A DNA stretch of 64,000 nt from Flaccisagitta enflata (lineage: Eukaryota), in the NCBI GenBank assembly GCA_965153355.1, contig OZ231126.1:44268001-44332000 (forward strand), given 5' to 3'. This document shows positions 1 to 15,062 of this stretch, in pieces (position 1 is the first letter of the stretch; the number at the start of each line of letters is the position of its first letter). The notes below the pieces were generated by a model. The model was not told the origin of the DNA. It saw nothing but the letters and a program-made list of their open reading frames with translations, and did not search any database. The position numbers and the translations under genes were made by a program.

Positions 1-1195
1 AATACATTGGTTTTCTTATTCCTTATACTATAAAAAATTAGTGAAAATCTTCTGCTTTTATACAAGAAGACTTAATGATACAAAAAACATAATTTTTTAA
101 ATGATATATCAGTCTCATTTTCAACAAAACTGGGTGCAGTCGCTAAAAGTATATAAATTTTTGACAATCTTTACATGCGCTAAAAAAACAGAAGATGATT
201 GAAATTGAAAAAAATAAAAATGGTAAGTGTTTTATAATTAGGGTCTTCATACTCCTTGATGATGACGAGCTGATCAAAAGACCTTTTGCATATTGACACA
301 CCCGAACCTTTTGGTTGTGATAAACAAACCAAACACACGGTCCCTATATTGGATTGAAGATTGTTTTTCTCTTTTGTTCTAGTTAGTATAATTACAAAAA
401 TAACCAAAAACAATCAAAAACATAAGTTTTGTGAACATGAGGGGGCAAAACATACTGTCAAACATAAGTGTTGCTAAACTTTTTTCCTAGATAGTATATT
501 GTTTTAGAGACTAGTCTCGTTTCTAAAAAAGAGATGATTATTTGTGGGCTTGTGGCATATGTTAACCCTAGCTACAGCATGGAGAATCATGGGGAACCGA
601 AACTTTCCATGGACATTGGACATCCATAGGTAAATTAACAAGCGAAAATAAAATTAAGTGAATATAAACAAGCCCTGGCGGGCAACTCGATGCGTCACCC
701 TATTTTTACATAAAAAGACAAGGCTGGGCTCAAGGCTCAAATACTAGCATGTAATGAAAGAGACTAAGGAGAACTGTTTTATTCAACAACTATGCTATCT
801 GAAAACAATAAAAACAGCATAGGTCATTGGCCCCTTCGGGGCCGCTGCCCCTCTTACCACCTCACACCCACATAGGGCCCATAGGGGCAACGGGTACCGC
901 TGACCATCTAACGCTTTTGCGACAATTCATTCTTTCTTTCACACTAACAAGGCCAAGTAGGCCAATAAGGTGCGACGTGGATCTTCAAACGAATGCGTTA
1001 CCCGACCGACCAACCGACCAACCAACCAACCGACCGACCAACGGACACAGCCAGTCATAGAGGTGCTTTGTCGCACCTAAAAAACAAGGCTGGATACATG
1101 ACTACCAAAGTCCCATGCGGGTGGGCAGGAATAGTGATAAAGGGGGTTGACCTAATCATTTTGGCCGCCAATAAACGTCGAAAAAGCTCATGGTG

Positions 1196-3791
1196 CACCG
1201 TGTTGCCTAACAGTGATAGGTAGGAAAAAATGACTCAGCATAGCGACTTATTTTAGGGTGTTATATACATCTAGATGGATGTTACTATACACAAGATTAA
1301 AAATTCTGTTGGGATTTATGCGAGAAAATGCCGTAAAAACCTGTAAAATGCCGTAAAAGTGGCATTTTTTTAGCTACATGCACTCTAAAATAGTGACTTT
1401 GGTCAGAAAATGTTCAAACAATGATCATTTTGTATTGAGACACGCTCATGCAACAATTCAAGTCAAGACGACATCACTCGGTATGATTTCATGCCGTAAA
1501 AAGTCGTAAAATGCTGTAAGAACGGCATTTTTTAAATTTACATGGGCTAAAACATAGTGACTCTGGTCAGAAAAAGGTCAAACTATGTTTATTTTGTACT
1601 GGGACACACATACGCAAAAAATCATGTCAAGCAAATTTCTTTCAGTAACATTTCATGCTGTAAAAGTTGTAAAATACCGTAAAAATGGCATTTTCACTAT
1701 TTTATGTATTTTGTGGGCTCAAAAAGAGCCAGTCTAGTCAGAAAATGGTCATACAATATCTAGTTGGCACTTAGACACACTCTTGCAGAAAATCAAGTCA
1801 AGCAGACATCTTCTCATATTATTTTTTGCCGTTAAATACCATCAAATTGGCATTTTTAAATGGTTTTTTGACTGTCACACTCCCAAAAAGCACTGCAATC
1901 ACTTGAAAACTGCTCCACTTGTCAGAAATTATCAAAACAATGATGATTTGATGATAAGACACATTCATGCAACAATTCAAATCAATTTGTTGTCATTCAG
2001 TGTCACTTAATGCCATTACACTGCCGTCAAAATGGCATTTTTTAAGTATTTTAGGGGTATTATTCACTCTAACAGCACAGTAGTCACTTAAAACTAGCAG
2101 AAAATGGGTATTGGGGCATAGGACATACTTATTTCAAAGTTTCATGAAGATTGCTTTGATTGAGCCATGCTTGAAACCCATAAAATGCCATAAAATGCCA
2201 TTTTAACGGCATTTCTGCAGCATGATGTGACATTGAGTAATGACAAATTGACTTGAATTTTTGCATGAATGTGTCTTAGGATCGAATCATTGTTGCTTGG
2301 ATAATTTCTGGTAAGTGGAGCAGTTGTTTGAAAACAAAAACCCAAAAAAATGCAAAAAAATTCTTATTTTATGACATATTACGGCCTTTTACAGTAAAAA
2401 AAACAAAAAAAAACAGAAACCTTAAGAAAACAAACAGAAACCTTAAAAAAGTTAAAAATTTACACATTAAAAATTACACATTACACATTGAAAATTACAC
2501 ATTACACATTAAAAATTACACATTAAAAATTACACATTACACATTACACATTAAAAATTTACACATAAGTGTGTCTTAAGCGCAAAGACCCTTTTTCTGG
2601 CAGTTTTTATATGAATGTTGTGCTTCATGGGAGCATAATACTAAAAAAATGCATAAAAATGCCAATTTTATAGTATTTTACAGCAAATAAGGTCGGATAC
2701 ACGGCTACCGAAGTCGCATGCGGGTGGGCAGGGGCCATAACACCCTGAGCAGGAAATTTGGCACAAGTCCAATAAAACAATTGATAACTGTTCAAAATAG
2801 ATAAAATCTGTCCAAAATATGGCTGGAATGCAAAAATATTGTTATTATAAATACGTAAGAGTCAAAAAGCAGTAAATATCAATTTATTTGAATGTCAAAT
2901 AGGGTCTATAAGTCGCGGATTTGACGATTTTGTCTTTGATCAAGCAAAAAGATAGATGATAACTTGTCAGTCAATTTTGCAGATTTTGGCGTGGATCCGG
3001 TGCTGCACATCATTGAGGGACTCAACTTAGTAACCCCCTGCATACACTGCTTGCTTCAGACCACCCCAGTAGTTCTAAAATGGCCTCAAGTATAAGTGTT
3101 TCCCTTCATCAAATTTTGCCGGTAAAAACCCATCAAAATCTAACACCGCATTTCTAGTTTGAAGCTTTCTATGGCAGAGAGTGGTCGCATGACTGATCAA
3201 CGGCGCATTCTTACGTCCAGTAGAGCTAGTCAGGAGGTTATGTTTCAAATTTCAACTCACTGGGCCATCTAGAAATATCGTTTTTATGTCAATATGTTTG
3301 TGCCAAATTTCCTGCACAGGGTGTTATTTGAGGTCACCAGACAATTTGGGCAGGAGCAGTGAGGTCAAAGAAATAAAATCATAAAAAAAGTAAAGTGTGA
3401 CCCACCAACCCACCGACTTGCTTGACTTGAATTTTTGCAGGAGTGGGTCTCAGTGTCAACTAAATATTGTTGAAACATTTGCTGACTATATCCACTCTTT
3501 TTCAGCGTATAAAATTCACAAAAACATGAAAATTGCTGTTTTTTACAGCATTTTACGACTTTTTACGGCATGAAATCATACTGAGTGATGTCTGCTTGAC
3601 TTGAAATGTTGCATGAGAAAATGCAATTTCTATGGCATTTTTTTTTGTTTTTACAGCGTTTTTTCTAAAAAATCCCAACAGAAACTTTTTTATTGTGTAT
3701 AGTAACATCTGTCAAGATGTATATAACACCCTAGAATAGGTCGCTATGCTGAGTCATTTTTTCCTACCTATCACAGTCAGGCAACACGGTG
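1196..3791. mobile_element. Non-autonomous Transib-like TIR element (~2.6 kb)
   Basis: Termini CACCGTGTTGCC...GGCAACACGGTG with >130-bp imperfect TIRs; flanks TGGTG / CGGTG (5-bp TSD, 1 mismatch). CAC..TG ends plus a 5-bp TSD are Transib hallmarks. No transposase ORF. Confidence 0.65.
2740..3324. mobile_element. MITE with TA TSD, nested in a HINE-like repeat inside the Transib-like element
   Basis: TIR ACACCCTGAGCAGGAAATTTGGCACA / TGTGCCAAATTTCCTGCACAGGGTGT with TA on both sides; flanks rejoin as ggggccaTAtttgagg. Confidence 0.75.
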
Positions 3792-3873
3792 CGGTGACCA
3801 ACGGACAGTTCTTTCATTCCTTTTTTTCTCTTTGTTTCTTTCTTTGTTTGTTTCTTTGTGTTTGTCTTTTGTC

Positions 3874-3961
<88 letters not shown>

Positions 3962-4012
3962 TCAACCAACAAATTTTAAAATGATTGTCCAGTTTTGGGA
4001 AGCCTATCGAAC

Positions 4013-5559
4013 CTGAGCGGCGTTGAAAAGGTAGAATGTCTGGGTTTTGAAGACGTCCGGATAAAGATACAGATAACTCTCAATCACGAATTGCGATCCA
4101 TCCTGAAATGATGTTAAAAGATGAATGAAAGACAAGGCAGGATATTCAGTCGCTTAAGACGCTTAAGTCGCGTTCGAGTGGTCAGACAGGAGTAAGGACA
4201 GACACCGACTAAATGCAAAAACAGACGGACCCAGCGATGTCTTTGATACATACAAGATACGACCAATGAAATGATCTTCAACCTGACTTACCGATTTGGT
4301 TTGAACTGTCGTGGTTTTCCGGAGAAGAGCGTAGCACACGCAAAGGAGCCAGGAGGCTTGAAAGAAGTAAACGAATGGCCACATGATGTTGTCAATGACA
4401 GGATGAGCTTCAATATCACAATCGAATTGTGTCTCTAGGCTCTTCAGGGTGAGTTTGTAAAGCGGCGACCCTAAAGAAATTTGAAAGGATAAGTAAGTTG
4501 CGTGAGTGCCAATGCATAGCCATTGGTCAATGATCATATTTGTCTTCATATTTGATGATAAATGAATGGGAAGAATGAAAAAAAAACAAGGTCATTAGAC
4601 CTAAGTCGCGTGCGTCGGCACTTTCAAAAAGAGTCAGGCAGACAGACAGACAAACAATTTTCCTTCTCAAAAAGACATTTGAAACAGCTATTAACTACTC
4701 CATGCTTCTTCACCACTATTCAGAGATATGAAAAACATGATAAAAAGCCTTTAAAACGACTTTGTGACAGATGGAAGGATGGACCGACTGACCAACCAAT
4801 GGACCGACAGACAGACAGATAGACAGATGGACAGCTATCTACTACTCCAAGCTTCTTCTCCACCATTCAGAGACATGAAAAATGTGATAAAAAACCTTTA
4901 AAACGACTTTGTGACGGACGGACCGACCGACCGACCGACGGACGGAAAAGTGACTTATAGAGTCGCGTAGCACGCGACTAAAAACAATAGGAGGAAAAAG
5001 AAGAACAAGTGACGCGGGGTCACAATGTCGTTGCGGACGGGTAGACAGGGGCATCCAACCTCATTCCAGGGCAGTCATGGACGGTTGGGCAAAGGCGGTA
5101 ATGCAATAACAGCTTGTAATTCAGAAATGCGATGGACAGACGGACGGACGGATGGACGGACCGACACTGCAAGGTGTAGCGACAAAAGATAAAAACAAGA
5201 ATTCGACAAAATACCAAAAAAAAAAAAAAGAAAAAAAGAAAACAAAATAAAACAAAAGATAAAAACAAGAATTCGACACAAGACATACCGTCGCGGTGTT
5301 TCAGAGCCACTTCCGATATAAGATAGAGGGCGATGGTAAACAAAATGAGCAAAATGCGCGGCCAATTGTGGCGCCTTTGTTGCGTGACGCGCCGAGAGTC
5401 GTCGTAAACGGGCGCCATGGAGGACGCCGACTGGACGCCGGCTTCCAACTCCATCATGTCGCCGTTGGAGCGCGGAGGGTCGCCGGCGATCGACGCCTCC
5501 CAAGTCGTATCCAAATCCAGCGCCCCGCGGCTGCTGCCCATATTCGCGCGGCTGCCCAT
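4013..5559 (-). CDS. First three coding exons of a multi-pass membrane protein (possibly TspO/MBR-like uncharacterised family); 3' exons not located
   Basis: Exons 5559-5289 (ATG; donor GTATGT), 4470-4292 (acceptor TTTAG; donor GTAAGT) and 4102-4013 (acceptor TTTCAG; weak donor GTTCGA) splice in phase: ...WPRILLILFTIALYLISEVALKHRDGSPLYKL...NIMWPFVYFFQASWLLCVCYALLRK...YLYLYPDVFKTQTFYLFNAAQ. An acceptor CCCACAG lies upstream (exon starts 5593). The family suggestion rests on the W..Y..Q..WL motif only. Confidence 0.65.
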
Positions 5560-5646
5560 CTTTTGTCACCTCTTTCCGTTTACGAGATGTGATCTGTGGG
5601 AAAATCCTCGGGGTACTTGCTCATGCACCAAGTGATGAGGATTTTA

Positions 5647-8115
5647 CAGAAGGGACCCTAATAAGAGCGGAGGAGGGACCCAAAGTTTTAGCATCACCCC
5701 CTACAGCTTAAATGGCTCAAGCAATCTTCTCACTTGCTATGGTGGTTTAAACCTTAGGTGGATACAATTGGCGCCACCTTGGCGATTTTTGAATTTACAC
5801 CTAGAACACCCTTAGATTTCACCTAATCACCCTCTGGAGCCCCCCAAAAAATCAAACAAATTTTTCTTCAATTTTGACAATTTGGAGGTGTTCTAGGTGG
5901 AAATTAAACAAGCCCAACAGGCCAACAGTCGCGTGCTAAGTTACACAAAACTATACAACTTCATACTACACACAACTACATAACTTCATACTACATACTT
6001 AACATACTACATACTTACATACTACATACTTACATACTACATACTTACTTACATACTTACATACTTACATACTTACATAATTACATAATTACCTAATTAC
6101 ATACTTACATATTTTCATACTTACATACATACTTACATATTCACTTACATACTTACATACATACTACATACATACTTACTTACATACTTACTTACTTACA
6201 TACATACTTACTTACATACATACTTACTTACATACTTACTTACTTACATACTTACTTACATACTTACATACATACTTACATACATACATACATACATACA
6301 AACATACATACATACATACATACATACATACATACATACTTACATACTTACATATTTACATACTTACATACATACTTACTTACTTACATACTTACATACT
6401 TACATACTTACATACTTACATACCTACATACTTACATACTTACTTACATACTTACATACTTACCTACATACTCACATACTTACATACTTACATACTTACA
6501 TACTTACATACTTACATACTTACATACTTACATACTTACCTACATACTCACATACTTACATACTTACACTTACATACATACTTACATACTTACATACTTA
6601 CATACATACTTACATACTTACATACTTACCTACATACTCACATACTTACATGCTGACTTACTTACATACTTACTTACTTACATACTTACATATTTACATA
6701 CATACATTCTTACATACTTACTTACATACTTACATACTTACTTACATACTTACTTACATACTTACATACTTACATACCTACATACTTACATACCTACATA
6801 CTTACATACATACTAACTTACATACATACATACTTACCTACATACTCACATACTTACATACTTACGTACTTACATACATACTTACTTACATACTTACATA
6901 CTTACATACTAACCTACATACTCACATACTTACATGCTTACTTACCTACATACTTACTTACATACTTACTTACTTACATACTTACATATTTACATACATA
7001 CATTCTTACATACTTACTTACATACTTACTTACATACTTACTTACATACTTACATACCTACATACTTACATACCACTTACATACATACTAACTTACATAC
7101 ATACATACTTACCTACATACTCACATACTTACATACTTACGTACTTACATACATACTTACATACTTACATACTTACATACTTACCTACATACTCACATAC
7201 TTACATACTTACGTACTTACATACTTACATACTTACATACTTACATACTTACCTACATACTCACATACTTACATACTTACCTACATACTCACATACTTAC
7301 ATACTTACATACTTACTTACATACTTACATACTTACTTACATACATACTTACATACTTACATATTTACATACTTACATACATGCATGCTTACTTACTTAC
7401 ATACTTACATACTTACTTACATACTTATATATCTACATACTTACATACATACTTACATACTTACTTACATACTTACTTACATACTTACTTACATACTTAC
7501 ATACTTACATACTTACATACTTACATACTACAACTTCGTACTTCATAACGTCTGTCCCAAAAAAAGTTACATTCTGAACCAATAACGGGTGTCCAATAAA
7601 AAGTTGACAAAATACCCAAAATACCCAAAAATACCCAATGATACCCAAAAATACCCAAAAATACCCAAAAATACCCAAAAATACCCAAAAACACTTAAAA
7701 ATACCCATATATACTCAAAAATACTCAAAAATACCCAAAAGTACTCAAAAATATCTGAAAGTACCCAAAAATACCTTAAGTACCTAAAATAACTTAAGTA
7801 CCCTAAAATACCCTGAAGTACCCTAAAGTACCCAGAAATACCCTAGAGTACCTTAAAATACCTTAAAAAACCTTAAAAAGTCATAATTTTAAAAACGTGA
7901 CCTACCGACCGACGGACCTACCGACCGACCGACCTACCGACCGACACGGCAAGGTGTAGAGTCGCGTGCACGCGACTAAAAATTGCCACGGTGGCGCCAA
8001 TTGTATCCACCTAAGGTATATTCCGCCACAGCAAATGAGAAATTTGCTTGAGCCGTATAAGCTGTAGGGGGTGATGCTAAAACTCCCTCCTCCGCTCTTA
8101 TTAGGGTCCCATCTG
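5647..8115. mobile_element. Tc1/mariner-like non-autonomous element (TA TSD, ~140-bp TIRs) with nested minisatellite-bearing HINE
   Basis: TA|CAGAAGGGACCCTAATAAGAGCGGAGGAGGG ... CCCTCCTCCGCTCTTATTAGGGTCCCATCTG|TA. Confidence 0.8.
5906..7982. mobile_element. Helentron/HINE-like element with (TACA/TACT)n and (AAATACCC)n internal arrays
   Basis: Starts AAACAAG..AGTCGCGTGC; ends in (CCGA)n then the palindrome AGTCGCGTGCACGCGACT plus an A-run. Confidence 0.7.
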
Positions 8116-9347
8116 TAGTTTTTAGTCGCGTGCTACGCGACTTTACACCCCGCTTTGTCGGTCCGTCCGTCAGTCCGTCCATCCGTCAGTCACACTTTTT
8201 CGGCTCCTGCCCAAATGTTCCACTGACCTCAATTATGGCCCTTGCCCACCCGCACGCGACTGGGGTAGCCGTGTATCCGGCCTTGTTTGATGATAGACTT
8301 ATGGTTATGGGAAGAAAGATTTTTGTTAAAGATTCAAGAGGGTCGTCTCAAAAGTTGTGTTACGTCCAGAAGGACCAATTGACGGACCGATCAATCGACC
8401 GATATCATAAGCAGAAATTAAAACAGCGAATAATGATTACGAACCACTTTTATACAGCATGCAGCATTCTTTAGGAATTATAATTATGTGTTTGTGTGAA
8501 TATCCTTTCACTCCGGTTTATCTTTAGTCGTGTGCAACGACTCTACACCTCGCTTTGTCCGTCCATTCGTCGGTTGGTTGGTCGGTTGGTTAATGTCACT
8601 GTTAATGTCACCATGGAAGACACTTCCGACAACGGCGTAGTAGTGCTTACAAATATACGGGAGTGATGTAGGCGATTTTTGAGAGGCCTTAAAAATACTA
8701 ATTTAAAGTTGATGATGTATGACCGCAGTTGGTGGTCAAACGGAGGAGGACGGGAGGCGAAAGACAATCAGAGAGACGACGATGACGCGACGATGACAAA
8801 TCGTCCAAACTTAAAGCTTTGATCGATGAGGACGCTTGCCTTAAGAATGCCTATATGTTCATGGTAAAAAAATCCTGAGAAAACTGAACTTACATGTAGG
8901 TCCTGTTTGTACAGTGTTAACTTTTCCTCTAACGAAAACGATGTATTTTAGTATCAAATTTTATTGCCAAATACCATCAGTATAGTATTCAGGGCAGAAA
9001 ATCGGTTTAAAACACGTTGTACTAATTACCTACTGAGTGCTGAGTTGAATTGCCAATTATTGGAAAGCCTAACGTGCCAATACGTCCAAATATCATAGTT
9101 ACATCTCCGAGGCTGACATGTCACGCGTTTTTAAATTGATAAAATCTTCATAAATGATGAAAATGAGTGCATTCAGTTCAATACTGATCCTTAAATTCTC
9201 TTGCTCATGATGTGAACGGGGATTTATGAATAGATTTTTCCGCGAATAAATAACTTTTGTTGAAAGTAATGACGCTTTGTGTCTTGAGCTTTTTTTGAAT
9301 CCTTTTTTCTTGTTTCACTTTTCTGTTGAACTTGAAACGACGTTAAG

Positions 9348-9455
<108 letters not shown>

Positions 9456-9938
9456 TCTCTCTCTCTTTTTTCATCCTCTTCTTTTTTATTTCACTTTCGA
9501 TCCTGCCTGGATAGCGGTGAAAAAAGGGGTGAAGCATAAATGGTGACTGGTGAAAAAGTGAGGTGTCAGGAGGGGGTAAGGTGACGCGGTAACGGATTTT
9601 GGGTGCAAGGGGGTTCAGAAGAAGGGGAAAGGGCGCTGGCAATGATGAATATTTATATGAGACCTGTCGAAGAGTGACGAGTTACGGGCAAAGAAAAAGC
9701 GCGGGGATTACTTGATAGTTGGTTTTTGATGGGAGTGGGGGGGAGGGGGGTAGAGAAGAGCAGAAGGAAGTAAACTATTGAGATTCACGTCGTTCACTTC
9801 ATTTTGAACTAAATTCCTGTTGTCCTTCGTGGATGAATACTTTAAAATGCTACAAATGACTCTTGATTGGTTGTTGGGAATCTGTATTCATTTTTTACGT
9901 ATTGTTTTTATTGGGAAAAACAAGGCGATAGAGAGAAT

Positions 9939-10765
<827 letters not shown>

Positions 10766-10998
10766 GCAAATGTATGAAAAAAACGAAACAACGAAATGAA
10801 AGAAAAAAACAAAAGAAAACAAGAAGGAAAGAAAGAATGAAAGAAAGAAAGTAAACAAGAAGAAACTAACAGAGTAGGAGAGAGAGCAAACAAGCGGGAA
10901 AGAGAAAGAAAGAAAGAAAGAAAAAAAGGAAGAGAGAAAGAAAGAAAGAAAGAAGGAAAGAAAATAAGAAAGAAAGAAAGAAAAAAAGATAGAAAGAT

Positions 10999-11085
<87 letters not shown>

Positions 11086-13095
11086 AAGAAAGAAAGAAAG
11101 AAAGGAAGAAGGCGGAGAAGGAGAAAATTCCCCGTGTGTGCGAAAGTTAAGTTCTAGTTCATCAGCCCCTTCGGAGCCGCTGCCCAAGAAGCGAGGTAGA
11201 AGTCAAAGTGATAAGCAGAGAGCCAGTTTGCCACATCTAAGCTTTGAATACAACAATTATCTCCTTTGCTTCACATTTAAATGATTTTTTGTAATGATTG
11301 ATTTATTCTTATCGCAGTGAGCAATCCGGCCCTGGCATTTCATTACTGAGCTATTGATTGGGATTTTTAGTACCGTTTAGAAATTTATTGCTTGTGCTAT
11401 TTTGAGAAGGTTGCCTTGAGCTAGGGTTGAAAGTGATACGAAGTAAAAGAGGAAACCTTAAAGTGGTAAAAGCTAGAGTGCTCTAGCATCAAAAGTACAG
11501 TTTTAAGATGCGTCCTTACATCTAATAATAGGTAGGGGGCGATATCAGCAGCTAGCTCGAAAAAGATTTTTAGCAATTTGACTGAAGTGAGGACGCTGAA
11601 TAAAACTGTGGAAAACCTAAGTCTTCAACATTACTCGTTTTGATGTTTTACAAACTTTCTTCTTTTAAAATGTGGGAAAAAAAGGTAACAGCGCATCTGA
11701 GATGTCGAATCTCCAATTCCCAAACTGGTTTCAAAACACGACAAATTGTCCTGTACCCTATTTTTGGCCGTACCGTATTCCGACCGAATCTGACGCGAAA
11801 TTGGCAGTCTGGGATTTTTTTTCTATCTGTCTATCTTGATGCTGAAAAGCCACAAAAACTCACTGAATATATATGCTCTGCCCGAAGCAACAGATTCACT
11901 ATATCTGTGCATATCCGACGCCCACGTGGTGTTATGTACAGTAGGGCTGACATCGAGCATTTTACAATTAATCATGGGAGACAGATTACTGATCAGTATT
12001 TCATTTGTATTTCTTTATAGAAATTCATTTCAATGAGGGCAATAAAGAGGCAAGGCATACTTAAACTAATGCACACCACGCAAACGAACACAGACATACG
12101 TAACTACACAAAACAGAACATGGAGAAAAAACAATTGCAAAGCAAAAAACAAATGATGCTACTTGACCTTTCAAGTTTCAGTGCAGGTCTTGGACCAATC
12201 AATTTAAAACGACAGTCGGAACTTCAATAACTACAATTCATCTCAATTCACGTCTGCAGAACGAATCTCTGCCTAGTGAATAAAAATTTAGGTACACCAC
12301 AACGCAACTCTTACAATTCATATCAATCCAATCATTCTCCAATCGAATTCATGAATGTATTACCACGCCCCCTGTATGCTTCCAAATTAGCCTTATCTAC
12401 CCTCGCAATCCATACAAAATCATAATATGAACAGAGGAGCTCCATTATTCAACCAACATGTGTGATAACGATGTAAAGACCCATCCGATGAGGCGCGCAC
12501 GTTGTAGAGAGCCGCAAAATTAACTTTCAGTTTCAGATGCTGTACGGCCTGTACCTGAGTATTTGTGAGTGTGTGTGTGTGTGTCCATATGTTTTCCGAT
12601 CTGCATGTCTGTCAGTCAATCTATGTCTCTTTTACACTCACCATTTGCGTTCATCTTGGTAGGAGTTTGAAGCTCCGCATGGTGATATTATATTGCAGTT
12701 GTCTCCATGAAATGCCGTCCTGATGATAAAATATTGGAGTGTTAAACCAGCCTTGGCCGCTTCATGTCTGATTGCTTGTCTTTTTACTGAAGGTAAGACA
12801 ATCTAAGTCTCATCGCTGTCTCTTTACCAATAAGCATCTATCTGTAGGACAGCGCATAAATTAGTTTTTAGTCGCGGACACGCGACTCCACCTTGCCGTG
12901 TCGGTCGGTACATCGGTACGTCGGTATGTCACATTTTTGAATTCCGAGCGGTTTTCGCATTATTGCTCCTGCCCAACCATCCGCGACTGGATTGCCGTGT
13001 ATCCGGCCTTGTTTTATCAATCCGTTTCTACACTCAATCTCTGTCTCTCTGTCTCTGTCTCTCTGTCTCTCTGTCTCTCTGTCTCTCTGTCTCTG

Positions 13096-13149
<54 letters not shown>

Positions 13150-13242
13150 AGAAAGACACGCGCACGCGCACACACACACACGCACACACACGCGCATGCG
13201 CGCGCACACATACAAACACACAAACACACACACACACACACA

Positions 13243-13334
<92 letters not shown>

Positions 13335-13680
13335 GAGGCACACACACATTGTCTATCTAACCATCAATGAATTTTGAAGAAAGATGGTCTTTGAGCTTTG
13401 ATGTGAATTTCGCAGCTTACGAATGCGTTACCCGACCAACCGACAGACCAACGGACACAGCCAGTTATAGAGGTGCTTTTTCGCACCTAAAAACTAATTA
13501 GTAATGCAAAACTTATCGCCACAAAAAAATTACCACGTCAGCACTGTAATTGTTGACAGTGATGGAGTCTTTTCTTTGTCCTTTCTTAGCCGGTTTGAAG
13601 ATAATGAGTCCCGCGCATAAGTGTTGTTTTGGTCAGCGCCATTTTTGACATTTTCTCCAGTTTTGGCGTCTTAAGAGTTA

Positions 13681-14743
13681 CAGTAGATGTCATCTAAACT
13701 TGGAAAGACTGGGGAATTCATAATAGGAAAATAAATAAACCTATGAAACTGATATTTGGTATATAAACTAATAAAAGAATATTTTATTGACGATGGGTGT
13801 CTGTTGCTACAGAAATATATTTTCATGTATTCCCGCTAAAATTTTAACATTTTGAGAATTTTTTTGAAGGAACATTGTTTAAAATTGTTTAAAATCCAAT
13901 TTGCAACAACTTTACCACAGTATGTTCTGTAAGAATATCGCTCGGGAGCATCACACATAGTTACGCTCCCTAGCAACGGCTAAACTAGCAATATTCTTAC
14001 AAAACATACTGTGGGCATCAGGGACAAATTGGGTCGGAATTTTCAAAAATCTTTTTTTGATTTCATGTTAAATAAATGTGAATTCTGAGCGTAGTAAAAG
14101 CTACTTAAATTTTCTAAAGTATCTCAACCAAACGCCAGTGATAAAAATAAGTTTGGCGCCTTAAAAAACAATGATACCACAATTTTTTCACCTATCTTAG
14201 CTCATATGATCATGGGCCACTATAATATGCGAGTTGATTACATTCGTAGGCGTATTGATTCCATGAGGGCAATTTGTTGAAAAAATCGCATCAGTCAAAG
14301 TTATCCTCTGACCCTCTGCGTTCAAGAGAGAAATACCTTTTCAAACTCTTTTTTGACATTGTAGTGGTTTTCTTGATGAATCACCGTGAAGCTGACGCAT
14401 GCTGGTTTTTTGTTTTGTATATTCATTTTGTGTTTTATCAAACGAGAAAAAAAATCCTGTGCTTTTTGCATCTAATCTCACCTATTCTGTAAGCGATTTC
14501 AGAAACACACTCTTCTATACAATATGGAAAGTTGTAGCAAATTTTGTTTTAAGCAATGTTCCCTCAAAAAATTTCTCAAAATATTGATATTTTAGCGGGA
14601 ATACATGGAAATGTGTTTCCATGGCAACCAACACCTATTGTCAATAAAGCATTCTTTTATTAGTTTATAATCCAAATATCAGTTCTTTATATTCATTTCA
14701 ATATGAATTCCCTCGCATTTCCAAGTCTAGACGACATCTACTG
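13681..14743. mobile_element. Tc1/mariner-like MITE with ~230-bp TIRs and TA TSD
   Basis: TA|CAGTAGATGTCATCTAAACTTGGAAAG ... CATTTCCAAGTCTAGACGACATCTACTG|TA; a small nested inverted repeat lies at 13915-14014. Confidence 0.8.
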
Positions 14744-14852
14744 TACGACATCAACACCTTCCAATGACGGCTTCGTCCGTCCATGGCACCTTCGTCATTG
14801 GTGTTTATCACCATTAGTTTCGTAAAAGTCGTCTTTATCATAGTCTTCTATA

Positions 14853-15062
14853 CCGTCATCGTCTTCATCGTCGTCGTCTTCATCGTCGTTGTCTTCATCG
14901 TCGTTGTCTTCATTGTCGTTGTCTTCATTGTCGTCGTCTTCATTGTCGTCGTCTTCATCGGCGTCGTCTTCATCGGCGTCGTCTTCATAGTTGTCTTCAT
15001 CTTCGTTGTCTTCATCACCGTCGTTTTAATCATCGTTTTCATCGTCTTTGTTGTTTTCATCA
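14853..15062. repeat. Degenerate 15-bp (GTCTTCATCGTCGTC)n minisatellite
   Basis: Visible tandem units. Confidence 0.85.

Noticed and set aside
6650-7585. 311-aa and 204-aa ORFs (LTYLHTY repeats)
   Set aside because: Translations of a TACA/TACT minisatellite inside a HINE-like element.
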